From positions 1 through 21,040 of the forward strand of contig CBDCKW010000008.1 in NCBI GenBank assembly GCA_965218435.1: DNA of 21,040 nt, in the 5' to 3' direction. This DNA comes from Truepera sp. GTDB lineage: Bacteria > Deinococcota > Deinococci > Deinococcales > Trueperaceae. Under the pieces are notes generated by a model. That model was not told the DNA's origin. It saw only the letters and a list, made by a program, of their open reading frames with translations, and did no database searches. Positions 1-7,297 of this stretch are shown one piece after another (position 1 is the first letter of the stretch; the number at the start of each line of letters is the position of its first letter). The position numbers and the translations under genes were made by a program.

Positions 1-2751
1 TAAGCAAAAGTGTGTGCCGTTTTTTCAGCGTTCTACACGCGATTTCTAATGTCTCTGCCTCGAGTGCGTAGGTGCCGGAGTGACTATCACCGGTGCGTTT
101 TTGCTTGAGCCCCAACGCCTTCAGCCACGAGCCGACGTAGCGCACAAGGTTTTCTTTGAGGCGGGCCGCGTCGGGTAGGGCGACCGCGCCGACGAGCCAC
201 GAGCGGTTCTGTTCTATCCACAGCTGCAAAGGCCCCAGCGCCGCCAGGTCGTAACGGGGTAAGTCGAGCTGCGCGACTTTACCCGCCAGCACCAGCCGCG
301 CCGCCGCGCCGAAACCAACAGCCTGAAGCACACGGCTGTAAAGTTCGTGCCGTGCCGTCAGGGGTCGCCGGTCGGCTTCCAGGGGTCGCTTCTCTGCCTC
401 GGCCAGCTCACGGGCCAGCAGCCCCTCATTGGTGTCGAGTGCCAGCTCGAGCCGTTCAAGCTGTCCTTGGTAGCGCCCGCGCCGGTCAAACTCGAGCATC
501 GTTCTCAAGTCGTCGCCGATGCTGAGCTTGTAAAAGTCGCTCACTCGGTAGCGTTCACACGCAGCGCGGTCGTCGCGGCCCACATAGCCGCCGCCGTCAA
601 CGCGACGCCGCAGCTCCCGCGCCGCCTCTGGCGACAGCTCCCGCGCCGCCTCTACGCGGTCGTAATGCTCACCGTCGGCAAGTTCCCGCGCCGCCGTCGC
701 CAGCCCTGTATGTTCAGGGTCGGAGTTTAAGAGTTCAAAGCTGAAGCCCTGCAACGCGGCCAACCTTAAAAAGTTCAGTCGGTAAAACGCTTGTACACGT
801 TGCTCACTCAGCTCGACCTCGTGCTTGAGCCGGTTGTAACTTGCCTCTGTCGGCGTCTTGGGTTTCATACGCGAATACTTTGCCGCCAGGTCTACACGTT
901 CGGTTCGTACCGCTGGGTCGAGCCATATGTCATAACCGCACGGGGTTCGCACTCGCCAGAGTGCTTGCAGGGCGTCCTCCGGGGTGCCGACGGTGCCATA
1001 ACGTGCTCACCGGTCAAGACGCGGACGCGCCGCCCTTGATTCCGCAGATGCGCCCCTAACGCTTCGGCCTCGAGCTTGGAATTGGTCATCACGAGCGCCG
1101 GGGCAGTGAGCGTGAAGAGCGCCCCATAGACGCCGTTTTTAGTTTCATGCACCCGCAAGGTGCGGCCCTGTCCGACTGGCTGCGCGTGGGCTCGCCAGGT
1201 AACGCGCTCGCACGGTCTCGCCAGCTCAAGCAGCTCGCGGGTGAGCTTCCCGGCGTCGGCGTCAAGGCACACCACCCGCGCCGCTTTCTGGACGAGCAAC
1301 GTAAGCGCCTCTAAGACGCCCGCACGATTAGAAATGTGCTCCCCGGTCAAGGCCCGCACAAGCTGTTCACTCTCGTCAATGACTACCAGGTCAAACCGTG
1401 CCAGCACGCCGTTCTCGAGCAGCCGAGGCAGCGAGTTTAAGCAGATGCTCAAGCCAGGTATCGCGGTCAAGTGACGCCGGTGCAGCTCATCGGCGTAGGA
1501 CTCAAGCCCCAGCCGCCGTGCCGCGTTTTCAGCCAGGGCCGCACTGTGCGAGACATACAGCACCCGCTCACCTGCTCTTAGAGCCGCGTCTACCTGCTCG
1601 GCTGTTCGTTCGGTTTTGCCGGTTCCATGCGGTGCTCTAAGAACCGTGGCCCCCGGCCCGAAGGTTTGCGCCGGTAGGTAGCGTCCCCGTGAAGCGCCGC
1701 GCCGCGTTAGAAGCTGCTGACGGCGACGACGCTCAGGGGCAAAGGCGAGGGCCGGGTCTGGGTTGACCGGGGTGCTGAGCTGCGCTCGCACCGTCTCTAA
1801 TCCTTCGCATATCTGAAGGTCGTTAAAGTCGGTGGGCTCGCTGGTCAACTCACGAAAAACTGGTGAGGCTACTTTGCAGCGGTACATAAGCGCCGCCCGG
1901 TGCGCCTTCTCTAAGCCCGCGTTCCCGGCCTCCGGTTTGTTAAAGCGGTCGTCGTCGGCGGCGATACTCAGCCGCAGCTTGTTACGGTTCGGCTCGAGCC
2001 CTCTTAGAGCTTTAGCAACCGGCGCGAGACTACCGGCGCTAAAACACGCCACCACCGCGCCGCCGGTCGCCTCGTGCACGGTGAGCGCGGTTGCGAAACC
2101 TTCAGCCAGCCAGAAGTGGCCGGTAGCAATGGCTGCCTGTAGATCAACCGCCCCAACGAGCGCCACCGCGCCCCGTGTGCTGCCGCCTTTGGCAAAGCGT
2201 TTCGCGCCGTCGTTATAAATGGTCTGAACACTCACCGGCTCGAGCGTGCCCGCGCTGGTAAGGCGTGACATACGGACCGCGATAGAGCCGCGTCCGTAGC
2301 GGATGGCCGGACACGCCGCTGCTACGGACGCGACGTTCTTACGCTCCAGGTAGCGGCTCGAGCCCGATGTATTTAAGCTCTGCCAACGTTCCAGTGCCGC
2401 GTCAGCCTTGCCGACTGCAAGCACCTTGCAGGGTGTTTGTAGGGCAGATTTTGCAGTGAAGCGCCGCTTTACCGGCAGCTCGTCTGAGTCTGAGAGGCCC
2501 GCCCGCGCCAGCAGGTAGCGCCGCGCCTCATCATCCGGGTAGTCCAGCAACTCGGTTAAAAGTCGCCAGACACCGTAAGACTCGCTGCTTACATGGTCGG
2601 TGAGAGCGTGAGCGCCCACAAATACGTTCGGGTCGCTCGAGCCGCGCCAGAACGCCGCGCAGCGGTCGCCCGTTACCCTGACGTCGTGCTCCCGTAGGAC
2701 GCTTTTAAGGTCGTTTGCCGGATGCTCGAGAGCAAGGTTGAGCGGGGTCAC
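1..2751 (-). pseudogene. Frameshifted primase-helicase rep (copy A): 619 aa truncated ORF 892-2751 plus orphaned 3' part running off the window start
   Basis: First 584 aa identical to the 1031 aa Rep, then 35 out-of-frame residues after the 139 bp deletion at 1000/1001; helicase motifs V and VI lost from the product. Confidence 0.9.
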
Positions 2752-3275
2752 GATACGGCCCCCTCAAAAAGTTCTGGCTGACTCGAGGGTCTCACTTTGG
2801 CTGTTGGAAACACGACCGGGAGTGGCGCGGCTGTGAACTGAAACTCGTTCCAAACGAGATAAAGAGTAAGTCGAGCAGCCTCAAGCGCCTCCCAGTCTCT
2901 CAGCTTGGCGACGCGCAAAATCTCTTGGGCGGCGGCATGGATTTGCAGGCGGTAAGGCTCTGCCCGTTCGCTCCCGAACAGCTTGAACGCCCGAACGACA
3001 TCAGCGTCAGGTATCCTCACCCGCGCCGGGTCTCTCGGCTTTTCCTCCGTAAGCTTCACCCAGCGGCGGGCGAAGTACACCGTGCGCTGAACTCCCGGAG
3101 GAGTCGGGCTTTGGGCTAGACGCTTATACACGCTCGCACGAGTGACAAAGCAGCGACGCCCTGGTTCTGTTGGGATGGCCTCGAGCTTGCCGCGCAGCAT
3201 GAGCTGAAGAACGCGGGTACGGCTCACACCTAACAGTTGAGCAGCTCCACTTGTGCCGCAAAGTTCAGAAATCAT
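2748..3275 (-). CDS. Protein with N-terminal excisionase-like HTH (HTH_17-like) and unknown C-terminal domain
   Basis: GTSGAAQLLGVSRTRVLQLMLRGKLEA motif; ATGA overlap with upstream gene and GTGA overlap with rep. Confidence 0.75.
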   Translation of the reverse strand: MISELCGTSGAAQLLGVSRTRVLQLMLRGKLEAIPTEPGRRCFVTRASVYKRLAQSPTPPGVQRTVYFARRWVKLTEEKPRDPARVRIPDADVVRAFKLFGSERAEPYRLQIHAAAQEILRVAKLRDWEALEAARLTLYLVWNEFQFTAAPLPVVFPTAKVRPSSQPELFEGAVS

Positions 3276-3484
3276 GAGCCCACTCCAAAAAGCAGCTCGA
3301 AAAGCTGGATGCGGTCCAAAACCTGGCCGCAGTGTTCGCAGGTTGCAGAACAGGTAGGGTCGTCAGGGATTAAATTGCAGCTGCGGGCGTAGGGACAAAC
3401 GTCGTCAAGTGATATGCTCGTGGTGTTGGTTTGCTTAACGTGTTTTGCCCTCGCCGCGCCCTGCTCAGGTGCGGCTTTTTTCAT
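3272..3484 (-). CDS. Small Cys-rich hypothetical protein (possible Zn-binding)
   Basis: 70 aa, CPYARSC...C..TCEHC; TAATG overlap upstream and ATGA overlap downstream indicate translational coupling. Confidence 0.65.
   Translation of the reverse strand: MKKAAPEQGAARAKHVKQTNTTSISLDDVCPYARSCNLIPDDPTCSATCEHCGQVLDRIQLFELLFGVGS
3425..3481 (+). ncRNA. Candidate ~57 nt antisense RNA against the start of the 70 aa gene
   Basis: Extended -10 TGaTATGCT (3410-3418), hairpin GCCGCGCC/GGTGCGGC (3453-3475) and T6 (3476-3481) on the + strand. Confidence 0.45.
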
Positions 3485-3678
3485 TAGCCGTTCCCGTCTT
3501 TCAAAAATCTTTCAATTTCGGATTTCGGAATCAATACACGCCGTCCGGCTTTGACGGTGCGAATAATTCCCGGCTTGCAAAGCCGCTCGTGCATCGTGAC
3601 GTACGAAACGCCCAGCCTCTCGGCTGCTTCTGATTTTGAATAGGCGTCTCGGCTTTCGTCTAGTTTTTGGGTGGTCAT
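3484..3678 (-). CDS. Excisionase-family HTH DNA-binding protein (HTH_17-like)
   Basis: AYSKSEAAERLGVS...IRTVKAGRRVLIPKSEIERFL is the typical Xis-like winged HTH; AAGGA RBS upstream. Confidence 0.88.
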   Translation of the reverse strand: MTTQKLDESRDAYSKSEAAERLGVSYVTMHERLCKPGIIRTVKAGRRVLIPKSEIERFLKDGNG

Positions 3679-3779
3679 CGGGAGTCCTTAACCGTTGCGG
3701 TTGGCGGCCCCGTTTTGCGGATTCCCTCGTGTGCTGCTCTACTTACTTTTTTTATAAGAAAGTAGTGTACAATCAGCTA

Positions 3780-3874
3780 ACGGCTTAGCCGTAACGAGTT
3801 CGCAGAGCGGGCTTGGCTTTTTGGGAGAACGGGTGCGTTTCAGTTTGCCGACCTAGCGCAGTCCGTTCTTTTTT
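3780..3874 (+). ncRNA. Candidate counter-transcribed RNA upstream of the rep operon
   Basis: TACAAT at 3768-3773, 5' hairpin ACGGC-TTA-GCCGT (3780-3792), long stem 3825-3839/3855-3870 ending in T run 3869-3874. Confidence 0.45.
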
Positions 3875-3951
3875 GTCTAAAAATCTCCTTACTCCGCATG
3901 ATTCAGCGGTGCTACACATAAGTATACCCGATTGACAAACGAAACGAGAAG

Positions 3952-4503
3952 TCACCTTTTCAAAATCCGCTCGAGCCACAACGCAAAACGGACCACCGGC
4001 CCGTGCTCCCTCGTCTCGGCTGTCTCACGCGCTGCCGCCTCTACCTTGTCGAGCTGTTTAATCCGCTTGGCAGTTTCGGGCTCTACCAACTGAGAAGCCT
4101 CGAGCCGCTCGAGCAGCTCCCGGATACCCTGCAACTCACCCAGTAGCGGGGCGTTAGCGGCGGTTTGTGCCTTGGTGAGCGCATCTATTAGGGTGTCGCT
4201 ACCCTGTGCGCTACCTTGTGCCAGGGAGACTGGCGCGGCCTCAATCGGCTTGTCGAGTGCTTGCTTAACGGCGGTTTTAACGTCAACCGAAGTTTGCATG
4301 ACGAGGGCTCGAGCTTGCAAAAGCACCTTGACCTGCTGCTCAGTAAACAGCCGCCCGTCCCGACGATGCACGGTAATCTCGTCGCCGCTAACGGTTTCGT
4401 AGGTTGAGGCGTAGCGCCTTAGCATAGCCGCACCTAGTCCCAAACTAGAGGCAACCTCACGAGCGGTGTAAAGATGTTCGGATTCTCCGGGCTGTTCTGC
4501 CAT
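3952..4503 (-). CDS. MerR-like HTH + coiled-coil protein, possible single-protein partition/maintenance factor
   Basis: LYTAREVASSLGLGAAMLRRY...GRLFTEQQV MerR-type HTH, C-terminal heptads LLGELQGIRELLERLE. Confidence 0.7.
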   Translation of the reverse strand: MAEQPGESEHLYTAREVASSLGLGAAMLRRYASTYETVSGDEITVHRRDGRLFTEQQVKVLLQARALVMQTSVDVKTAVKQALDKPIEAAPVSLAQGSAQGSDTLIDALTKAQTAANAPLLGELQGIRELLERLEASQLVEPETAKRIKQLDKVEAAARETAETREHGPVVRFALWLERILKR

Positions 4504-4618
4504 CTGACGCGCACCCTAGCACGTCGCTACTGGGTGAGTAGCGGAATAGATAGCACTCATATTTGGTAGTCGTGCGGCGCTACGCGGTGCGCTATGTAGT
4601 TGCGCGTAGTGAGTAGTG
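4143..4618. repeat. Cluster of GTAGCG/CGCTAC hexamers in and upstream of the MerR-like gene
   Basis: Exact copies at 4143, 4197, 4209, 4411, 4525, 4538, 4578 plus near copies (gtagtc, cgctat, gtagtt, gtagtg x2) at 4566-4618. Confidence 0.5.
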
Positions 4619-4713
4619 AGAATTGTGGTTCTCCAAAATAGATCCTGAAATAACCACTTACAGTTAGAAATCTCTAGATATATCTAAGGAAGTGCTCCAA
4701 TATGTTTTAGTTG

Positions 4714-5433
4714 CTAAGAAATATAGCTCAAGAAATCATTCCCCAAATCAGTAAACTCCACCAAGCAGAATTTGCTCGAGTACGGTATAGGGACTTCAAA
4801 CTGTGTTTCAGGAGTGCGTCTGGTAAAGGTGTCAGGGAAGTCTACCAGGCCATAAGAGCGTAATTCTTTCAGCAAACGTACATAGATCATCATGTCATCC
4901 CCAAAGTCAGGCAGTTCTCGCTCTAAGTGGGCTATAGTGTTTCTTCCCTCATACCCTGTACCATCATCAGTAGATGAATCTTGATAATAAACTTTTGTCT
5001 TTGAGGGGAAGACCAGAGCTTTCAAAAGATTTACGTGTGAAACGGTAAGGTCGTCAATTAGCCGGAGATATATAAACTGGAGGTCTTCTTTAGCAGAACC
5101 CTGCAGTGCAGATTTTCGTACAGCATTGGACAGCATTTGTAATTTTTCTTCGTTGTGCGTTTGCAGTGCTATTGTAGACGCTTTGAACACAGCACTGATG
5201 AACATTTCATTATCACCGAGAGGTTGAGCTTCTAAATTGTCCGTCCTCTCCTGAAGATCTTCTACTACATCGCTTAGGTAAGCCAACCATTTTTCTCTTC
5301 GACGCTCGATAGGTGGACCTAGAAGCTGGGTCATAACAGCTGATATAGAACCACCAACAATTGGGAGAGATGAAAGTGCTACTTGACTTGCTGTATAGGT
5401 GATATCCCTTATATCTTTTTTAGGTTTGTCCAC
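4714..5433 (-). CDS. Low-GC hypothetical protein, Abi-alpha/DUF4393-like
   Basis: 239 aa, GTG start with GGAG RBS; hydrophobic SSLPIVGGSIS, helical core (EEKLQMLSNAV...YLRLIDDLTVSHVNLL) and C-terminal winged helix (ELRSYGLV...FTDLGNDFL); family call from remembered pattern only. Confidence 0.6.
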   Translation of the reverse strand: MDKPKKDIRDITYTASQVALSSLPIVGGSISAVMTQLLGPPIERRREKWLAYLSDVVEDLQERTDNLEAQPLGDNEMFISAVFKASTIALQTHNEEKLQMLSNAVRKSALQGSAKEDLQFIYLRLIDDLTVSHVNLLKALVFPSKTKVYYQDSSTDDGTGYEGRNTIAHLERELPDFGDDMMIYVRLLKELRSYGLVDFPDTFTRRTPETQFEVPIPYSSKFCLVEFTDLGNDFLSYIS

Positions 5434-5445
5434 AGGTATCTACTC

Positions 5446-5631
5446 CTACTCATAAGTTTTAGCCCCCATCAACCCGAAGTGCCGTTTGTCGAACATCACC
5501 ATCCGTAAGTTGAGCCGTACCGCCATTGACGCTATCGTTGCGTCAATGAGTGAGATGCGCTGATCACTGAACCGCTCTAAAGTAGCGCAGCACTGCGGCG
5601 GCCCCAGCGGACAAATTACAATCATGTTCAT
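5446..5631 (-). pseudogene. C-terminal remnant of PIN-domain (VapC-like) toxin
   Basis: DQRISLIDATIASMAVRLNLRMVMFDKRHF matches the PIN C-terminal SLxDAxxxxxA...xxDxxHF motif; N-terminal catalytic xxDT segment absent. Confidence 0.7.
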
Positions 5632-5775
5632 AGACCGGACGGTCCAGTAATGTCAGCCGGTCGTACCATTCTTCGCAGCGTTTATACCGCGCCCTCCTGA
5701 TGTCGTCAAAATTTTGAGTTCTGACGAGCCGCAGGTAGGACAGACAAGCCAGTCGGCATCTGAGCATTTAGGCGG

Positions 5776-6060
5776 TCAGCGGTTCGGTTTTTCAACGGTC
5801 GGGTTTGCGGTCATTCCGGCTTCGGCCTTGAGCTCCGACTTAAGCTCGAGCACAAGCCCAACAGTTTCACCTTTGCTGTTTCGGTTAGCTTTCATATATC
5901 CGGCGTTCTCATCGGCCCTGATAAGTATTTCGATCAGGTTTCGGAGCCGTGCGGCCTCGCGACGCAGTTCTCTACTGCTGAGCCACGCAATTACCGCGCT
6001 GATAGTACCGCCTAGAACAACCCCAAGGAGCATGGATAAAAAAGCTTCTACATCCATCAT
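5776..6060 (-). CDS. Small membrane-anchored hypothetical protein
   Basis: N-terminal hydrophobic helix FLSMLLGVVLGGTISAVIAWL followed by basic residues; ATGA overlap with relE stop. Confidence 0.65.
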   Translation of the reverse strand: MMDVEAFLSMLLGVVLGGTISAVIAWLSSRELRREAARLRNLIEILIRADENAGYMKANRNSKGETVGLVLELKSELKAEAGMTANPTVEKPNR

Positions 6061-6368
6061 TGACCCTTTGACCGCTTGCTAGCTATCCGGTACACGTCGC
6101 GCTTATCGCCTGCCTTACGGATACCGATAACCAAGACTGTCACGACACCCTGACGCACTGATATTTCGTAGACCGCTCGGTAACGCTGTCCAGCTAGGCG
6201 GATGGTGTAGCGGTCCTGAAGATTACCGGTTAAGGGTTTGCCCCGTTTGGCGGGTTCGGTCTCGAGGCGCAAAAGCCCGGTAGAGATTGCTTTACGGGTG
6301 CGCTTGTCGGTGATGGCGAGAAGGTCGGTTTCAGCGGCGCTGCTGAGTTCAACAATAAAAGTATTCAT
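6057..6368 (-). CDS. relE: Type II TA toxin, RelE/ParE family
   Basis: IVELSSAAETDL...GKPLTGNLQDRYTIRLAGQRYRAVYEI...VTVLVIGIRK...DVY. Confidence 0.92.
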   Translation of the reverse strand: MNTFIVELSSAAETDLLAITDKRTRKAISTGLLRLETEPAKRGKPLTGNLQDRYTIRLAGQRYRAVYEISVRQGVVTVLVIGIRKAGDKRDVYRIASKRSKGQ

Positions 6369-6411
6369 ATCCCGACGTTAAAGATTGGTGTGGGGGGAAA
6401 CGACGCGGCGT

Positions 6412-6804
6412 TCAAAGCTCTAGCTCGGCCATGATTTCGCGTAGCGGCCTCGAGGCTGTCTCACCCGCTTCGTGTTGCCGCACACGCTCTAAGATGTCCG
6501 GGAAATCGTTTAGCACGGCGTCCGTTTCAGGGTCGCCGGTATAAGGCACGCCCGCGGCGGTGAGTTCGGCGCGTCCCGGCTCCACTCTCTCTAAAAGGTC
6601 GTCAAAGCTTACCTGCTCACCGGTGAGCTGCTCGAGCGCGTCAATCACCGCCGCAAGGGTGTTGAGGTCGAGGCGCTTCATATCGCCGCGTGCAAGGGCG
6701 TAAACACTTCCCTGGGCAGCGCGGCCCTTCGCTGTCTGTACTAACCGGTAGGTGCTCAGGTCGTGGGCGTCTAAGTAATCGTCAAGTCTTATGCGGATGT
6801 CCAT
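6412..6804 (-). CDS. XRE/Cro-C1 HTH regulator with antitoxin-like acidic C-terminus (130 aa)
   Basis: IRIRLDDYLDAHDLSTYRLV...SVYALARGDMKRLDLNTLAAVIDAL HTH; C-terminal EAGETASRPLREIMAELEL resembles RelB-type tails; upstream of relE; ATG at 6804 fits a leaderless promoter. Confidence 0.8.
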   Translation of the reverse strand: MDIRIRLDDYLDAHDLSTYRLVQTAKGRAAQGSVYALARGDMKRLDLNTLAAVIDALEQLTGEQVSFDDLLERVEPGRAELTAAGVPYTGDPETDAVLNDFPDILERVRQHEAGETASRPLREIMAELEL

Positions 6805-6811
6805 ACTACAG

Positions 6812-6840
6812 ATAGTAGCATTACTAACAGCTATTGACAA
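6812..6840 (-). promoter_or_regulatory. Sigma70-type promoter of the XRE gene (leaderless)
   Basis: TTGTCA(6840-6835)-17 nt-TACTAT(6817-6812) with TGn extension, 7 nt before the ATG. Confidence 0.75.
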
Positions 6841-6862
6841 GTATTACAGGATGTTGTAGTAT
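6834..6862 (+). promoter_or_regulatory. Near-consensus sigma70 promoter of the small-gene operon
   Basis: TTGACA(6834-6839)-17 nt-TAGTAT(6857-6862). Confidence 0.8.
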
Positions 6863-6868
6863 AGAGAC

Positions 6869-6907
6869 AGCTAAGGGCAACGCCTGAGAAACGATTAACC
6901 CTTAGCT
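6869..6907 (+). promoter_or_regulatory. 5' UTR stem-loop
   Basis: Perfect 9 bp stem AGCTAAGGG/CCCTTAGCT starting at the predicted +1; GGAG RBS at 6914-6917. Confidence 0.6.
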
Positions 6908-6923
6908 AGAAACGGAGTTCCAA

Positions 6924-7133
6924 ATGCAGAATATCACCCTTAACAAAATCGCAGGCGCAAGCTACCGCACCCACGCTTTTAAGGTCTACAACGTTTGCCG
7001 TAACGGTGAGGTCGTCGGCACCGTTGAGTCTGACTTCGGGCTCGGCTGGAATGTTAAAGATGCTGAGCTGAACCAAGTCAGCCGTCACAGCACGATTAAA
7101 GCAGCGGTACGCGTCGCGGGACGGGCTCTTTAA
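6924..7133 (+). CDS. Small hypothetical protein (69 aa), first gene of divergent operon
   Basis: ATG with GGAG RBS behind strong promoter; TAATG coupling to next ORF. Confidence 0.75.
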   Translation: MQNITLNKIAGASYRTHAFKVYNVCRNGEVVGTVESDFGLGWNVKDAELNQVSRHSTIKAAVRVAGRAL

Positions 7134-7297
7134 TGAGCCCCTTCTACTTTGCCGATGTCGAGATGTACAGCGACCGTGAAGAGGACTTACAAGCTTTATA
7201 CGCAGAACTGGCTGAAGAGGATGGGGCAGAGGATGAGCTGCCCCCTATCATTCAAGACGAGCTGCCTGACTATGATTTTTGGGGAGAGGCGGCATGA
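7133..7297 (+). CDS. 54 aa highly acidic protein (not in the ORF track)
   Basis: MSPFYFADVEMYSDREEDLQALYAELAEEDGAEDELPPIIQDELPDYDFWGEAA; TAATG overlap upstream, ATGA overlap downstream. Confidence 0.75.
   Translation: MSPFYFADVEMYSDREEDLQALYAELAEEDGAEDELPPIIQDELPDYDFWGEAA

Noticed and set aside
990..1010. Programmed frameshift or intron explaining the split rep in copy A
   Set aside because: Coding sequence for conserved motif V is physically missing in copy A, and the extra 139 bp in copy B is needed for the intact frame
347..2231. ORFs 347-730, 791-1039, 841-1059, 1160-1474, 1398-1640, 1832-2218, 2004-2231 and their copy B equivalents
   Set aside because: Antisense or off-frame shadows of the GC-rich rep gene; no motifs or RBS
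3785..3979. 64 aa minus-strand ORF in the rep operon leader
   Set aside because: Overlaps the end of the MerR-like gene, no recognisable features, and region is better explained by RNA structure and promoters
4620..4713. AT-rich gap with palindrome TAGATATATCTA as replication origin
   Set aside because: No iterons; contiguous with the AT-rich cargo gene, so more simply part of the acquired segment
5564..5767. 67 aa ORF as the N-terminal half of a frameshifted VapC
   Set aside because: No PIN N-terminal hydrophobic-D-T/S motif in it; cannot reconstruct a full toxin
6805..6840. Longer 142 aa start for the XRE gene at 6840
   Set aside because: The extension runs through the gene's own -35/-10; ATG at 6804 fits a leaderless start and the HTH domain boundary
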